A stretch of 64,000 nucleotides of DNA from positions 96,001 to 160,000 of the forward strand of contig JBBRLQ010000009.1 of NCBI GenBank assembly GCA_038231275.1, given 5' to 3'. The notes under the pieces were generated by a model. It had not been told where the DNA came from. It did not search any database and saw nothing but the letters and a program-made list of their open reading frames with translations. Position 1 is the stretch's first letter. Each line of letters begins with the position of its first letter. Of this stretch, positions 46,675-57,957 are shown piece after piece. The stretch comes from Polyangiales bacterium (lineage in GTDB: Bacteria > Myxococcota_A > Polyangia > Polyangiales > Polyangiaceae). Made by a program: the position numbers and the translations under genes.

Positions 46675-47961
46675 TCAGCTCACGAAAAAGCGCGCGAGCA
46701 CGCGCGTCATCATCTCCGGATCCTTCGCGCCGCCCATTTCTCGGCAGGAGTGCATGCTCAGCATCGGGTTGCCGACGTCGACGGTGGGGATGCCGAGGAG
46801 CGTCGAGGTGATCGGGCCGATGGTGGTGCCGCACGGGAGGTCCGTGCGATGCGCGTACTGCTGGAGCGGCACCTCGGCGGCGCGGCACAGCTCCGTGAAC
46901 ATCGCGGCGGTGCGGCCGCTGGTCGCGTAGCGCTGCTGGGCGTTGACCTTGAGGACGGGGCCGCCGTTGAGGACTGGGCGGTGGCGTGCCTCGTGGCGCT
47001 CGGGGTAGTTCGGGTGGATTGCGTGCGCCATGTCGGCGGACACGCAGAGGGAGCTCGCGGTCGCGCGCGCGACGTGGTCGGCGGTGCCCCCGGTCGCGGT
47101 GACGATGCGCGTGAGGACGCGCGGGAGGAACGCCGACTCGGCGCCGCTGGCGCTCTTGCTTCCCACCTCTTCGTGATCGAAGAGCGCCGCCATCGGCACG
47201 AGCCCGGTCCCCGCCGCGCCAGGCGCCGCCTGCACGAGCGCGGCGATCGCGGCGTGCGACATGGCCAAGTTGTCGAGTCGTGCCGAGAAGAGGAGCTCGT
47301 CCTTCGCGCCGCCCAGCGCGGGGGCGAGCGTGTCGTAGAGCATGAGATCGAGGGTCACGATGTCGGTCCGCGCGACGCCCGCCGCACGGGCGCAAAGGTC
47401 GGCGAGCTCCTCTGAGCCCTTCTCGGCGAGGCCGAGCACTGGCGCGAGGTGCTCCTGCTTGTTGAGGACCAGGCCCTTCTCGGTGACGTCGCGATCGAAG
47501 TGAATCGCGAGCTGCGGCACGCGCAGGAGGGGCTTGTCGAGCTTCACGAGGCGCGTCGTGATCTCGCCGGCGGTGCCACGGACGAGCAGGCGCCCGGCGA
47601 GCGCCAGATCGCGATCGAGCCATGAATTGAGGAGCACGCCGCCGTACACCTCGACGCCGAGCTGGAGGTACCCCTCCTTCGTGTACTCGGCCTTCGGCTT
47701 GAGCCGCAGGTTGGGGCTGTCGGTGTGCGCGCCGACGAGCCGGAACGCGCGCGGCGGCTTCGCGTCGGGGACGACGAACGCCAAGAGCGCGCTGTCCTCT
47801 TGCACGACGTAGTAGCGGCCCGCGGCGAGGCCATCCCACGACGCGCGCTCGTCGAGGCGCCCGAACCCTGCGCTGCCGAGGCGCGCGATCGCGCTGGCCA
47901 CGGCATGGTACGGCGTCGGCGAGTCGCGGAGGAAGGAGAGGAGGTCGGCGAGGATGGTCAC
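46675..47961 (-). CDS. M18 family aminopeptidase
   Basis: SPTPYHAV, GAHTDSP, RLDNL, DHEEVGS, SADMAHA.HPNY, CGTTIGP, SMHS.RE; start 47961 or 47982. Confidence 0.95.
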   Translation of the reverse strand: MTILADLLSFLRDSPTPYHAVASAIARLGSAGFGRLDERASWDGLAAGRYYVVQEDSALLAFVVPDAKPPRAFRLVGAHTDSPNLRLKPKAEYTKEGYLQLGVEVYGGVLLNSWLDRDLALAGRLLVRGTAGEITTRLVKLDKPLLRVPQLAIHFDRDVTEKGLVLNKQEHLAPVLGLAEKGSEELADLCARAAGVARTDIVTLDLMLYDTLAPALGGAKDELLFSARLDNLAMSHAAIAALVQAAPGAAGTGLVPMAALFDHEEVGSKSASGAESAFLPRVLTRIVTATGGTADHVARATASSLCVSADMAHAIHPNYPERHEARHRPVLNGGPVLKVNAQQRYATSGRTAAMFTELCRAAEVPLQQYAHRTDLPCGTTIGPITSTLLGIPTVDVGNPMLSMHSCREMGGAKDPEMMTRVLARFFVS

Positions 47962-48007
47962 GATGACGGGAAGGTAGACCATCTTCCGGCCGTTTCGCGG
48001 CGGAAAG

Positions 48008-48637
48008 TCACGCGGGCGCTCCACGTGCGATGCGCGCGATCTCCGGGTGCTCGGCGAGACGCTTCATCGCGCGCGCCAGCAGTGTCTTTCCGGGCTCCAT
48101 CTTCGGCCACGGGCTCGCGCCGCTGGGGTGCGGCAGGCAGATCGCGTCCATCTCGACGCCGTGGTAGCGCACCTGCTCCGTGGTGCCGATCACGTCGGCC
48201 AGCTTCCGTCCCTTACCGAGCACCTCGTCGATCGCAAGCGTGCCGACCGGGATGACCAAGGACGGCTTCAAGATCGCGACCTCGCGCGCGAGGAAGGTCT
48301 TGCACGCGGCGATCTCCGTCGCGTCGGGTCGCCGATCGCCGCCGCCCGAGGATTTCCCGGGAAAGCACCGCGCGACCGCCGCCATGTAGATTCTCTGGCG
48401 GAACGTGTCCTCGTCGATCCCGGTCCCTTCGAGGAACCAGCGGAAGAGCGTCCTGCCCGCGGTCCACGCGAACGGACGACCGAACGAGCCCTCGCGCGGC
48501 CCCGGCGCTTGACCGACGAGAATCACCTTCGACGGCACCGGCGGTCCGTGCACGACCGGTCCGATCATCTTCGGGCACGCCTTGCACGCGTCGAGCTCTT
48601 CGTGGAGCACCTCGAGGGCGCGGACGACGCTGCTCAT
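48008..48637 (-). CDS. Uracil-DNA glycosylase superfamily protein
   Basis: CKAC, VGQAPG, CFPG, LPHPSG; ATGA-coupled to the upstream gene. Confidence 0.9.
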   Translation of the reverse strand: MSSVVRALEVLHEELDACKACPKMIGPVVHGPPVPSKVILVGQAPGPREGSFGRPFAWTAGRTLFRWFLEGTGIDEDTFRQRIYMAAVARCFPGKSSGGGDRRPDATEIAACKTFLAREVAILKPSLVIPVGTLAIDEVLGKGRKLADVIGTTEQVRYHGVEMDAICLPHPSGASPWPKMEPGKTLLARAMKRLAEHPEIARIARGAPA

Positions 48638-50025
48638 CGTCGCGTGACGTAGAAAAAGTCGCGGGTGGTCGGGTTCACCGTGTATTCGCCCTTGTGGTAG
48701 ACGAAGCCTTCGAAGAGGAGCTGCCCCTCGCGCTGCCCGCCGCCGCCGCGCTTGAAGAGCACGAAGTGCGGATACGACCAGTTCACGTCGAGCTGCACGA
48801 CGTCGGCGGCCCCGACGTGCTTCATGCCGAGCGCGATCGCGCGCGCGGTCGTGTAGTTGCTCACCGAGACGAAGACCGTGCGGCCGTCCGCCGAGATTCC
48901 GAGCGCCGAGCGGCGAATCACGGTGTCGCCGCCGACCGCCGAGCCCCACGACATCGCCTCCTCGTTGACGAGGCCGGGATGGATCGCGCCGTCCTCGACG
49001 AGGCAGCTCGGGCCCTGCCGCCACCACGTCATCGTCGCAGCGGACGGCTCGAGCGTCGTCCATGTACCCACGCGCAGCGTCTCGTCGCCGGACGCGTCCT
49101 TGTAGGCGGCGACGGTGCACGACGTCTTCTTCGGCGGCAGGAGCGTCACGCCGTCCACGTTCATGCCGAGCTGCCCGTGCTCGGCCTTGAAGCCGCCGTT
49201 GAACGCCGCGACGAGCGCGTCGCGCTCCGCCTCGGGGACGAGCCCTTTTCGGCTGCGGGGGTACGCCATGCCTTCGCGTGTCGAGGCGATCGGCTCTTTG
49301 GTTCCGGCGACGAGCGCCAAGTGGAGCGCGCGCACGTCCATCGCCACGACGAAGAGCTCGGCCCACGGCCGCTTCGCGTCGACGTGGACGAGCGTCTTGT
49401 AGAGGACGGTGCTCTCGTCGGGGTGCCCGGGATCGACGACGGGGACCCAGACGCCGTCTCCCTTCGCGGCGACCTCCGGGAAGAGCGGGCCGACCTTCTT
49501 CGGGTGAAATGGGACATGAGGGGGAGGTGAGCTCGTGGCCACCGCGGCATCACCCGCCGCTGCAGCGCCGGCGTCTCTCACGCTCGCGACTCCCGCGTCG
49601 CCGTGACGCCATCCGATCCCGTCCCCGGGCGGCGCGACGGGTTCGGGATCGGGCGGTGGAGGCGGCGGCGGCGGCGTCGAGTCGGCCGTCGGCACGTCCC
49701 AGTGCGCTTGCGGGGCTTCGCCGCGTCGCGACCAGCGGTTGTATCGGTCCTCAATACGGTACGCGCGGTCCTCCATCCAGCTGACGGCGTCGGGGCCGAG
49801 CACCGCGCGCGCCGCGTCGGCCAGCCACGGGCCGAGCCACGGCACGTGGTGGATCGCGTACCAGAGGATGAGGAGCGAGATCGGCGTGCCGACGAGGATC
49901 GTGACGAGCGTTCGTTTAATGCGCCGTCGCCACTTTCCGATGGGCTTCGCCTTCGCCCTTCCCGCCGCGGGGCGCGCCGGCGCGTGAGTCGTCACAGGCG
50001 CTACGGGGTGGGGGCCGCTCTGCAT
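48634..50025 (-). CDS. Membrane-anchored phosphodiester glycosidase (NAGPA)-like protein
   Basis: N-terminal TM, Pro-rich stalk, AAFNGGF, RRSALG, QLDVN; start approximate. Confidence 0.65.
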   Translation of the reverse strand: MQSGPHPVAPVTTHAPARPAAGRAKAKPIGKWRRRIKRTLVTILVGTPISLLILWYAIHHVPWLGPWLADAARAVLGPDAVSWMEDRAYRIEDRYNRWSRRGEAPQAHWDVPTADSTPPPPPPPPDPEPVAPPGDGIGWRHGDAGVASVRDAGAAAAGDAAVATSSPPPHVPFHPKKVGPLFPEVAAKGDGVWVPVVDPGHPDESTVLYKTLVHVDAKRPWAELFVVAMDVRALHLALVAGTKEPIASTREGMAYPRSRKGLVPEAERDALVAAFNGGFKAEHGQLGMNVDGVTLLPPKKTSCTVAAYKDASGDETLRVGTWTTLEPSAATMTWWRQGPSCLVEDGAIHPGLVNEEAMSWGSAVGGDTVIRRSALGISADGRTVFVSVSNYTTARAIALGMKHVGAADVVQLDVNWSYPHFVLFKRGGGGQREGQLLFEGFVYHKGEYTVNPTTRDFFYVTRR

Positions 50026-50174
50026 CGCGCAGCCCCTCGGCTCGGGGCCCGGCCATTGTCGCCGCGCGGGTCGCCCGGCGCAACGCGTACCTCGCCGGTA
50101 CTCGCACACCCGCACGTACCTCGTCCCGTCGGCCGTAGCGCGCAGAGCTGGCGCCAGGGCGTAGACTCTTCCTC

Positions 50175-53100
50175 GTGCGCATCGCCTTTGTCCTCGTCGC
50201 GCTGCACGTCGCGGCCCTGACGGTCGCGCAGCCTGCAGGCGCAGGCGAGCCGGCGCTCGTCGACGCCGTCTGGCGCAACGAAGAGGGGCTGCCTCAGGCG
50301 ACGGTCCGCGCGGTCGCGGAGACCCCTGATGGGTACGTGTGGGTAGGCACGGACAGCGCCCTCGCACGCTTCGATGGGCAACGCTTCGAGACGTTCGACG
50401 TCCGCGCGGCGATCGGCTGTCAGGCGGTCACCGCGCTCGCGCTGGATCCGAAGTCACGGCTCGTGCTCGGAACTCCGTGCGGCGTCCTCTTCACGGACGA
50501 GGCCGGCCGTCCCGCGCGCGCCGTGCGGCTTCCCGACCGTCGCTCGCACCCTCTCACGAGCCTCGCGATCGGCAACGACGGCACGATCTGGGTTGGCACG
50601 TCGGCCGGTCTGGGTCGCGTTCGTGGCGACGCCGTGGAGATGGTGCCGCTCGACGCGCCGCTCAACGTCGCCACGATCGCGGCCGCGCGCGACGGTGGCG
50701 CGTGGGTGGGCGCGTGGGGATCGGTCGGCCACGTCGACGCGACGGGGAAGTACCAACCCATCGCGAACATGGTCGGCCAAGTCCACGCCGTCCTCGAGGC
50801 CCACGACGGGAACGTTTGGGTCGGCACGACCGACGGCCTCAAGCGCCTCGACGGCAAGCTCCTCGTCGACGAGCCGCGCGCCGCGCTTCTGCGCGACGAA
50901 GAGATCCTCTCGCTCGACGAAGGGGCGGATGGGCAGCTCTACATCGGACTCCAGGCGGGCGGCGGCATTCGTGTCCTCGACGCGACGGCGACGCGACAGA
51001 TCTCGCGCACCCGCAACGCCGTCATTGCGGTGCACGCCGACCGCGCCGGCGGCCTCCTCTACGGGACGCCCGCCGACGGCCTGCACCGCCTCCATCGCCC
51101 GCTCTTCCGCGTCGTGCCTCAGGGGCCTTCGACGCGGGAGCCGGTGTGGTCGCTCTTCGTCGGCGGCGACGACGATCTGTGGATCGGTTCGCGCGTCGGC
51201 TTGACGCACCTGACCGAGACGGCGGAGCCGCGTGTGGTCGGCGCGGTGCCGGTCGTCCGCACCGACGTGCTCTCCGTCCTTCGCACGCGCGACGGAGCGG
51301 TGTGGGCCGGCATGCGCGATCAGCTCGTGCGCGTCGCCCGGGACGGCGCGAAGCCGCGAACGTTCGGGATCAAGGACGGCCTCCCCGACGCGCTCATCGG
51401 CGGAATGCTGGAGGACCGTCGCGGTCGCGTGTGGGTCGGTACGGGGTACGGCCTCTCGTTCCTCGACGGGGAGCGCTTCGTTCCGCACGCTCCGGCGCAG
51501 ACGCGTGTCCGCGCGCTGCTCGAAGGGGAGGGCGACGAGATTTGGGTGGCGACGGACGACGGCATCGTCCTCCTTCGCGACGGCAAGGTGGCCCTCGAGC
51601 TGCGCGCGCAGGACGGCCTCGCGGAGTCTTCGACCTTTTCCATCGCGAAGACACGCATGGGGCTGCTCGCCGGGAGCTCGGCGGGGGTGTCGCTCGTCCG
51701 GGACGGCAAGGTCGTCGGTGTCCTCCACAAGCAAGAGGGGCTCGTCGCTGACGACATCCTGGGCATTTTGGCCGACGGCCTCGGCCGTGTCTGGTTCACG
51801 ACGGACTTCGGGATCTTCTTCGTCACCGAAGACGAGCTCGCCGCCTACTTCGAGCGCAAGGCGAGCGTGGTCCACGCGCGAGCGTTCGGAGTGGGCGACG
51901 GCCTGCCGGTGCTCGAGTGCAACGGCGGCACGAGCTCGACGCCGATCGCGCGCCTGTCGAATGGCGAGATCGCGTTCCCCACGATGCGCGGCCTCGTCGC
52001 GTTCGACCCCGCCCTCGTTGGACCCCCGCCGGCGCCCGCGCACGCCGTCGTCGAAGGGATCCGCTTGGCCGACGGCACGCTCCACTGGCGCGTCACGCGC
52101 GCGCTCTCGCCGCAGGAGCGCAACGTCCGATTCGAGTTCACCGCCATCGCGCTGGCCGGCCCGTCGCGCGTCCGCTTCGTGCACGAGCTCGAAGGCTTCG
52201 ACTCTGCGCGCTCCGAGCCGAGCCCCGAGCGCTTCGCGTACTACACGAACCTTCCGCCAGGCAGCTACCGCTTCCGGGTCCGCGGGTGCGACGTCGACGG
52301 TGCGTGCGAGCCCGAGGGGGCGGTCCTCGACGTGGCGATCGAGCCGCGGTTCTACGAGCGGCGGGGCTTTTGGCCGGGGCTCGCCTTCGCGGCGGCGGCG
52401 CTGGCGCTCCTCGCGTACGTTCGCCGGACACGCACGTTGCGCGCGAGGGCGCGGCAGCTCGGCGATCGCGTCGCCGAACGAACGCGCGAGCTGGCGCGCG
52501 CGAACGACGAGCTCAAATCGGCGTTTCGCGCGGCCGCCGAGGCGCAGTCCGCCGTCGAGGCGCTCCTCGCCGAGATCCCGCTGCCCATCCTCGTCTACCG
52601 CGAGGGCACGCTCCGCTACGTGAACGCCGCTGCGTGCGCGCTCCTCTCTGCGAAGGCGGACGATCTCGTCGGGACGACGACCGGCGCGGAGTGGCGGGCC
52701 GGCCCCGAGATCACCATCGACACCAAGAGCGGCGCGCACATCGTCGCCGAGATCTCGCGCTCGCCCTTCGTGTGGATCGGCGAGCCGGCCGATCTCGTCA
52801 TCGCGCGCGACGTGACCGAGGCGCGCCAGCTCGAGCTGCGCCTCGCCACCAACGAGCGCCTCGCCGCGCTGGGAACCCTCGCCGCGGGCGTCGCGCACGA
52901 GATCAACAACCCCCTCGCGTACGTGACCGCCAACGTCGAGCATGTGCGGAGCGTCCTCGCGAAGCTCCCTGGGATCAGCGCCGACTCGCGAGAGGCGCTC
53001 GAGGAGGCCGCCGACGGCGCCAAGCGCATCGCGACGATCGTGAAGGGCCTCACGACGGTCGCGCGCGCCGCCGACGATCGCGTCGAGGCGGTCGATCTCG

Positions 53101-53969
53101 GCGCGGTCGTGACGTCGGCGCTCAACATCGCCGCCGCAGAGCTTCGACGAAGGGCGCGCACCGAGGTCGTCGGCTTCGAAAGCCTCCCGCGCGTGAGCGG
53201 GGACACGACGCGCCTCGGCCAGGTCGTCCTGAACCTCGTCACCAACGCGGCGCAGTCGTTCGCGGGGGAGCCGGATCCGAACAACGTCGTGACCGTCCGA
53301 GGCGCGCGCGGCGAGGGGGACACCGTGCAGCTCCAGGTGATCGACACCGGCGCAGGGATCCCGCGCGAGCTCCTGTCGAAGATCTTCGATCCGTTCTTCA
53401 CGACCAAGCCGGTCGGGGAGGGGACCGGCCTGGGCTTGTCGGTCTGCCACGGGATCGTGCGCGCCCTCGGTGGCGACATCGCCATCGAGAGCGAGGTCGG
53501 CGTGGGGACCACCGTGACCGTGACGTTGCCGGTGTGGCGCGGGACGGCGCAGGTGGCGGTGTCACGCGTCAGCGAGCACCCGGAGGAGCGAGCGAAGGTT
53601 CTCGTCATCGACGACGATCCGCGCGTCGCGCGCGCGATTGGCAGGACGCTGCGCGCCCACGACGTGACCCTCGAGCCGTCCGCGGTCTCTGCGCTGGAGC
53701 GAATTCGCGGCGGGGAAAAATACGACGTCGTCCTCTGCGATCTCATGATGCCGGGAATGGACGGCATCGGTTTTTACACCGCGCTCGAGCGCGAACGCTC
53801 GCCGCTCTTGGCCACCCTCGTGTTCATGACGGGCGGCGTCTTCTCCCAGGACGTCGCGCGGTTCATCGAGTCGAGCCCGGTGCCGTGCCTGCAAAAACCG
53901 GTGAGCGCCGACGCGCTGAACCGGCTCGTCCGCGCGCGAACGCGCCGCGCCGTGGCGCCGCGTCCGTGA
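50175..53969 (+). CDS. Hybrid sensor kinase with two-component regulator beta-propellers and Y_Y_Y domain
   Basis: DG.+WVGT..GL repeats, [16 protein letters not shown]-like, [19 protein letters not shown]. Confidence 0.93.
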   Translation: MRIAFVLVALHVAALTVAQPAGAGEPALVDAVWRNEEGLPQATVRAVAETPDGYVWVGTDSALARFDGQRFETFDVRAAIGCQAVTALALDPKSRLVLGTPCGVLFTDEAGRPARAVRLPDRRSHPLTSLAIGNDGTIWVGTSAGLGRVRGDAVEMVPLDAPLNVATIAAARDGGAWVGAWGSVGHVDATGKYQPIANMVGQVHAVLEAHDGNVWVGTTDGLKRLDGKLLVDEPRAALLRDEEILSLDEGADGQLYIGLQAGGGIRVLDATATRQISRTRNAVIAVHADRAGGLLYGTPADGLHRLHRPLFRVVPQGPSTREPVWSLFVGGDDDLWIGSRVGLTHLTETAEPRVVGAVPVVRTDVLSVLRTRDGAVWAGMRDQLVRVARDGAKPRTFGIKDGLPDALIGGMLEDRRGRVWVGTGYGLSFLDGERFVPHAPAQTRVRALLEGEGDEIWVATDDGIVLLRDGKVALELRAQDGLAESSTFSIAKTRMGLLAGSSAGVSLVRDGKVVGVLHKQEGLVADDILGILADGLGRVWFTTDFGIFFVTEDELAAYFERKASVVHARAFGVGDGLPVLECNGGTSSTPIARLSNGEIAFPTMRGLVAFDPALVGPPPAPAHAVVEGIRLADGTLHWRVTRALSPQERNVRFEFTAIALAGPSRVRFVHELEGFDSARSEPSPERFAYYTNLPPGSYRFRVRGCDVDGACEPEGAVLDVAIEPRFYERRGFWPGLAFAAAALALLAYVRRTRTLRARARQLGDRVAERTRELARANDELKSAFRAAAEAQSAVEALLAEIPLPILVYREGTLRYVNAAACALLSAKADDLVGTTTGAEWRAGPEITIDTKSGAHIVAEISRSPFVWIGEPADLVIARDVTEARQLELRLATNERLAALGTLAAGVAHEINNPLAYVTANVEHVRSVLAKLPGISADSREALEEAADGAKRIATIVKGLTTVARAADDRVEAVDLGAVVTSALNIAAAELRRRARTEVVGFESLPRVSGDTTRLGQVVLNLVTNAAQSFAGEPDPNNVVTVRGARGEGDTVQLQVIDTGAGIPRELLSKIFDPFFTTKPVGEGTGLGLSVCHGIVRALGGDIAIESEVGVGTTVTVTLPVWRGTAQVAVSRVSEHPEERAKVLVIDDDPRVARAIGRTLRAHDVTLEPSAVSALERIRGGEKYDVVLCDLMMPGMDGIGFYTALERERSPLLATLVFMTGGVFSQDVARFIESSPVPCLQKPVSADALNRLVRARTRRAVAPRP

Positions 53970-53985
53970 TGGTATCCTCGTACCC

Positions 53986-54675
53986 GTGCCGAAGATCCTG
54001 CTGGTCGACGACGACGTCGCGCTGCTCGACGTCCTTTCGCTCGCGTTCGAGGACGCGGGGCACGAGGTCCAGCGCGCGAAGGACGGCGTCGAGGCCCTCG
54101 CGAGCCTGAAGCGGGCGCGGTCCGAGCTCGTCGTCTGCGACGTGACGATGCCGCGCCTCGACGGCCTCTCCCTCTGCCGCCAGCTCCGCGCAGCCGGCGA
54201 CGCGATCCCCATCGTGCTCCTCACGTCGCGCGACACGGAGATCGACGAGGCGTTCGGCCTGGAGCTCGGCGCCGACGACTACGTCACGAAGCCCTTCAGC
54301 ACGCGCGTCCTCCTCGCGCGCGTCGCGGCGCTGCTCCGCCGCGAGCAGGCCAAGGGGGGCGGCGGCGCCGGGACCACCACCCTGCGCGCCGGCGATCTCT
54401 CCCTCGACGCCGAGCGAATGCGCGTCGTGTACAAGGGGACCGAGGTGCAGGTCACCGTCACCGAGTTCCGCATGCTGGAGGTCCTCGCCAAGCGGCCCGG
54501 CGTCGTGTTCTCGCGCGCGCAGCTCCTTCAGCTCGTGCGCGGCGACGACTCGGTGGTGGTCGATCGCATCATCGACACGTACGTGCGTCGCCTCCGTCGG
54601 AAGCTCGAGGCGATCGACGCCGGCTTCGCGTCGATCGACACGGTGGTGGGCGCGGGCTACCGCTGGCGCGAGTAG
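53986..54675 (+). CDS. OmpR-family response regulator
   Basis: REC (GADDYVTKPF) plus winged helix (R.ID.YVRRLR.K, TVVGAGY). Confidence 0.95.
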   Translation: MPKILLVDDDVALLDVLSLAFEDAGHEVQRAKDGVEALASLKRARSELVVCDVTMPRLDGLSLCRQLRAAGDAIPIVLLTSRDTEIDEAFGLELGADDYVTKPFSTRVLLARVAALLRREQAKGGGGAGTTTLRAGDLSLDAERMRVVYKGTEVQVTVTEFRMLEVLAKRPGVVFSRAQLLQLVRGDDSVVVDRIIDTYVRRLRRKLEAIDAGFASIDTVVGAGYRWRE

Positions 54676-54676
54676 G

Positions 54677-56158
54677 ATGCGGCGCCGACGGTCTCTCCGC
54701 TGGAACGCGCTGCTCGTCGTCCTCGCGGTCGCGCTCTTCCCGCTCGTGTACGTCCTTGCGTCGGCGACCGTCGAGCAGCTCTTCGTGGGCCGCACGCTGA
54801 CGCGCGCGCGGGCGTCGGCCGACGAGATCGAGCGCGTCCTCGCCGGCGGAGACGCCACGGCGGCGTCCGAACGGATCGACGCGATCGCCCGCGCTTGCGA
54901 TCAGCGCGTGAGGGTCGTGCGGCCCGACGGCAAGGTCCTCGTCGACGCCGACCACGTGCTCGGTGAGAGTTGGGTCTTCCGGTTCGGCGACGTCTTCTAC
55001 GGCCCCGGTCGCCCGGCCGGCTTCCAAATGCTCGAAGAGCGCGAAGGCGCGCTGGCGTCACGTCCCGAGGTGCTGCGTGCGCTCGCCGCGCCATCCGGCG
55101 ACGACGGGGGATGCGAGCACTCCGTCATGGGCAACCTCGAGGTGTGTCACGTCGCGCGTCGCGTCGACTTGCCGAACGCCGCGCCTATCGTCATTCACGT
55201 GCAAGGCAGCTCCCGCCGCGCGCTGGAGGCGCTCTACGACTCGCGGCGGCAGCTCGTGAAGCTGACCGCGTTCGTCCTCGCGGCGGGCCTCCTCTTGTCC
55301 TGGTGGATGGGCAAGAAGATGGTTCGCCCCGTCGAGAATCTGCGCGAGGAGGTCCTCGGACGCGCGCGCGCGGCGGTTCCCGGCGCGGAGCTCGCGGTCG
55401 TGCGAGAAGACGAGGTCGGCGATCTCACCGTCGCGTTCAACGCGTTGCTCGGCGCGCTGGCGTCGCGCGCGAACGAGAACCAGGAGTTCGCCCAGGATCT
55501 GGCGCACGAGCTCAAGAACCCGGTCGCGGCGATCCGCGCGTGCGCCGAGCGGATCGCCGACGGTGAAGCCCTCGACGCCCCGCGCCGCAAGCGCCTCGCG
55601 GAGGTCCTCGATCAGAGCTCGCGACGACTCGACGCGCTGGTAACGCAGTTCCTCGAGCTCGCGCGCGCCGAGGCGGGCCTCCCCAACGAAGGCCGCGAGG
55701 ACGTCGACCTCGGCGCGCTCGCGCGCGGCATCGTCGGCGCTACCGAGCCACGCTTCGTGCGCGTCACCTTCGAGGTGAAGGCCGAGGGCCGCGCGATGGT
55801 CCACGGCGTGCAAAATCGGCTGGAATCCGCGCTCCGCAACCTCGTCGACAACGCCGCGTCCTTTGCGGGCGACGACGGGCGCGTGGTCGTCGAGGTGGCG
55901 TCGCGCGACGGCGGCGTCGAGGTCTCGGTGTCGGACACCGGGCCCGGCATCGCCAAGGACGATCTCCCGAAGATTTTCGATCGCTTCTTCACGAAGCGCG
56001 AGCGCGAAGGAGGCACCGGTCTCGGCCTCGCCCTCGTGCGCGCGGTGGTGCACGCGCACGGAGGGAACGTTCACGCCGAGTCGCCGCCGGGAGAAGGCGC
56101 GCGCTTCGTCGTCCGACTCGCCGCCGCGACGACTACTCCTGACGCCCCAGCGCCATGA
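54677..56158 (+). CDS. HAMP sensor histidine kinase
   Basis: 2 TMs, DEVGDL..AFN, AHELKNP, NLVDNA, DTGPGI, GTGLGL. Confidence 0.93.
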   Translation: MRRRRSLRWNALLVVLAVALFPLVYVLASATVEQLFVGRTLTRARASADEIERVLAGGDATAASERIDAIARACDQRVRVVRPDGKVLVDADHVLGESWVFRFGDVFYGPGRPAGFQMLEEREGALASRPEVLRALAAPSGDDGGCEHSVMGNLEVCHVARRVDLPNAAPIVIHVQGSSRRALEALYDSRRQLVKLTAFVLAAGLLLSWWMGKKMVRPVENLREEVLGRARAAVPGAELAVVREDEVGDLTVAFNALLGALASRANENQEFAQDLAHELKNPVAAIRACAERIADGEALDAPRRKRLAEVLDQSSRRLDALVTQFLELARAEAGLPNEGREDVDLGALARGIVGATEPRFVRVTFEVKAEGRAMVHGVQNRLESALRNLVDNAASFAGDDGRVVVEVASRDGGVEVSVSDTGPGIAKDDLPKIFDRFFTKREREGGTGLGLALVRAVVHAHGGNVHAESPPGEGARFVVRLAAATTTPDAPAP

Positions 56159-57851
56159 GCGCGCGGTCACCGCTCGGCAACGTCAGCTCCGCCGCGCGGT
56201 TCTGGAAGGCGATGCGCGCCACCGTAAGGCTGTCCTTCAGCGACGCCGACTCGGCGGTCGCCTTCGACTGGCTACGCTCGACCTCGGCGAGGAGCTTCTG
56301 GAGCTCTTTCTGGAGCGCTGTACCCGTATGCGCGGTGCGAAGCTCCGCGATCTGCGCCTTGAGCTCCGTCGCGCGATCGACGTAGGCCGCGAGCTCGCGC
56401 TGGAGAAGCGCCTCACGCAGCGTGCCGTCGCGGACCGTCTTGTCGATCGCGACGAGCGACGCCACCCGCGCGCGAAGCGGTGCGTCCGGCGGCGACGCGT
56501 CGAGGAACGCTTGCACCAGCTCGAGCGAGCCGGGCACGCGCACGTCGATCGCGCGGGCGACCGGCGCCTCTTCCTCGATGGCAAGCTCCGTCTGCGAGCT
56601 TCCATCGACCGTCACGCGAAACAGCTGCGAATCGCCGAGCTTCTCCGACGCCGGCGTCGTGAGGTGATACCCCGGCGAGACGACGTGGCGCACGTACACG
56701 GGGACGAGATCGCTCTGGCGGTTCTTGATGACGTAGGACCGCTTCACGGCGTGGCGCATCTCGGCTTGCACGATGCCGTTCTCGATCGAAGAAATCTTGG
56801 CGATCGACTCGTGCGACGTCGGCGCCGCGGGCGCGACCACGATTTGACGATCGAGCGCGAAGGAGATGAACGCGACGCCGTGCGCAGGGATCGGGTCGGG
56901 CAACCCCTCCCCGATGAATCGTCCCTCGCCGAAGAGCGCGAACGGGCCGCTCTCGAGCACCGAGCTGGTCGGGTTCTTGAGGCGCACGACGCGGTACGGA
57001 AACGCGGCGTCGGGGCTCGTCGACTTGGGGTCGTAGAGGTAGGCGATCTCGCCTTGCGTGCGTTCGTGGAGGATCGAGATCATCGCGGACGTTCCGCGGC
57101 GCACCGTCATCGGCACCGGCGACTCGAAGAGCGAGCTGCCGATGGCCTCGGTGCTCGCGGGCGCCGTCGGCCTTGGGGGCGTCGGCGTAGTCGTCGGAGT
57201 GATCGCCGGAGTCGGCGCCGCCTTCGCGCCCGGATCCTCCGCGGTGCCGAGCAGCGCGAAAGGCGCGTTCGGCCTCAGCGCGTCGCGCGGCACGTCACGC
57301 ACCGATCGCAGATCGTGCCGGAAAGACAGCGCGGCGCTCGAACCGACGCCGACGCGCACGCCGCTCCAATCCTCGCCGGACGCGTTGTCGATGACGGTCC
57401 ACCCTTGGAGATCGATCTCCCCGTCCGCGCCCATGACGACGCGGTAGCTCGGCTTCCACGCGGGCGCCTCCGCCACGTAAGAGAGGAGGAGATCGTGTGG
57501 CGCGGGCCCGGGCAGCGTGATGGTCATCTCGACCACGGAGTCGTGCCCGGGCGGAACGTCGGTTCGGTACGCCACGGGGGTCGGGAGCTTCGTGCGTTCG
57601 TCCGTGACGGTCAGCGACTTGAGGAGATCGTCGATCTTGTCCGTGGGAACCGAGAGGACGAGCGTGTCGCCGGTCACGTGCGCGTGACGCTCGAAATAGG
57701 CCACGCCGTTGCGATAGACGACGACGCGACCGAGCGTGGTGTTCTCGGCGAGAGCTGGCGACCTCGCGGCGGCGGGTTGCGTGGCCGGCTTCGTCGCCCG
57801 CGCGCCGCACCCTGCGACGAGCATCATCGAGCAGAGGATGAGCCTCTTCAT
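56133..57851 (-). CDS. DUF4139/DUF4140-type lipoprotein
   Basis: RBS GGAGG, lipobox VAGC, VVVYRNGVAYFER, DDLLKSL, WKPSYR, DNASGEDW. Confidence 0.8.
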   Translation of the reverse strand: MKRLILCSMMLVAGCGARATKPATQPAAARSPALAENTTLGRVVVYRNGVAYFERHAHVTGDTLVLSVPTDKIDDLLKSLTVTDERTKLPTPVAYRTDVPPGHDSVVEMTITLPGPAPHDLLLSYVAEAPAWKPSYRVVMGADGEIDLQGWTVIDNASGEDWSGVRVGVGSSAALSFRHDLRSVRDVPRDALRPNAPFALLGTAEDPGAKAAPTPAITPTTTPTPPRPTAPASTEAIGSSLFESPVPMTVRRGTSAMISILHERTQGEIAYLYDPKSTSPDAAFPYRVVRLKNPTSSVLESGPFALFGEGRFIGEGLPDPIPAHGVAFISFALDRQIVVAPAAPTSHESIAKISSIENGIVQAEMRHAVKRSYVIKNRQSDLVPVYVRHVVSPGYHLTTPASEKLGDSQLFRVTVDGSSQTELAIEEEAPVARAIDVRVPGSLELVQAFLDASPPDAPLRARVASLVAIDKTVRDGTLREALLQRELAAYVDRATELKAQIAELRTAHTGTALQKELQKLLAEVERSQSKATAESASLKDSLTVARIAFQNRAAELTLPSGDRALMALGRQE

Positions 57852-57957
57852 GTGGTCCTCCGTGCGCAGACGAGTCGCGCGCCGTCCCCTTCCGACGCGC
57901 GAACGCGTGAAACGATCTGACGCGATTTCGGCAATTCCCTTCCGGTACCCTCGGCGT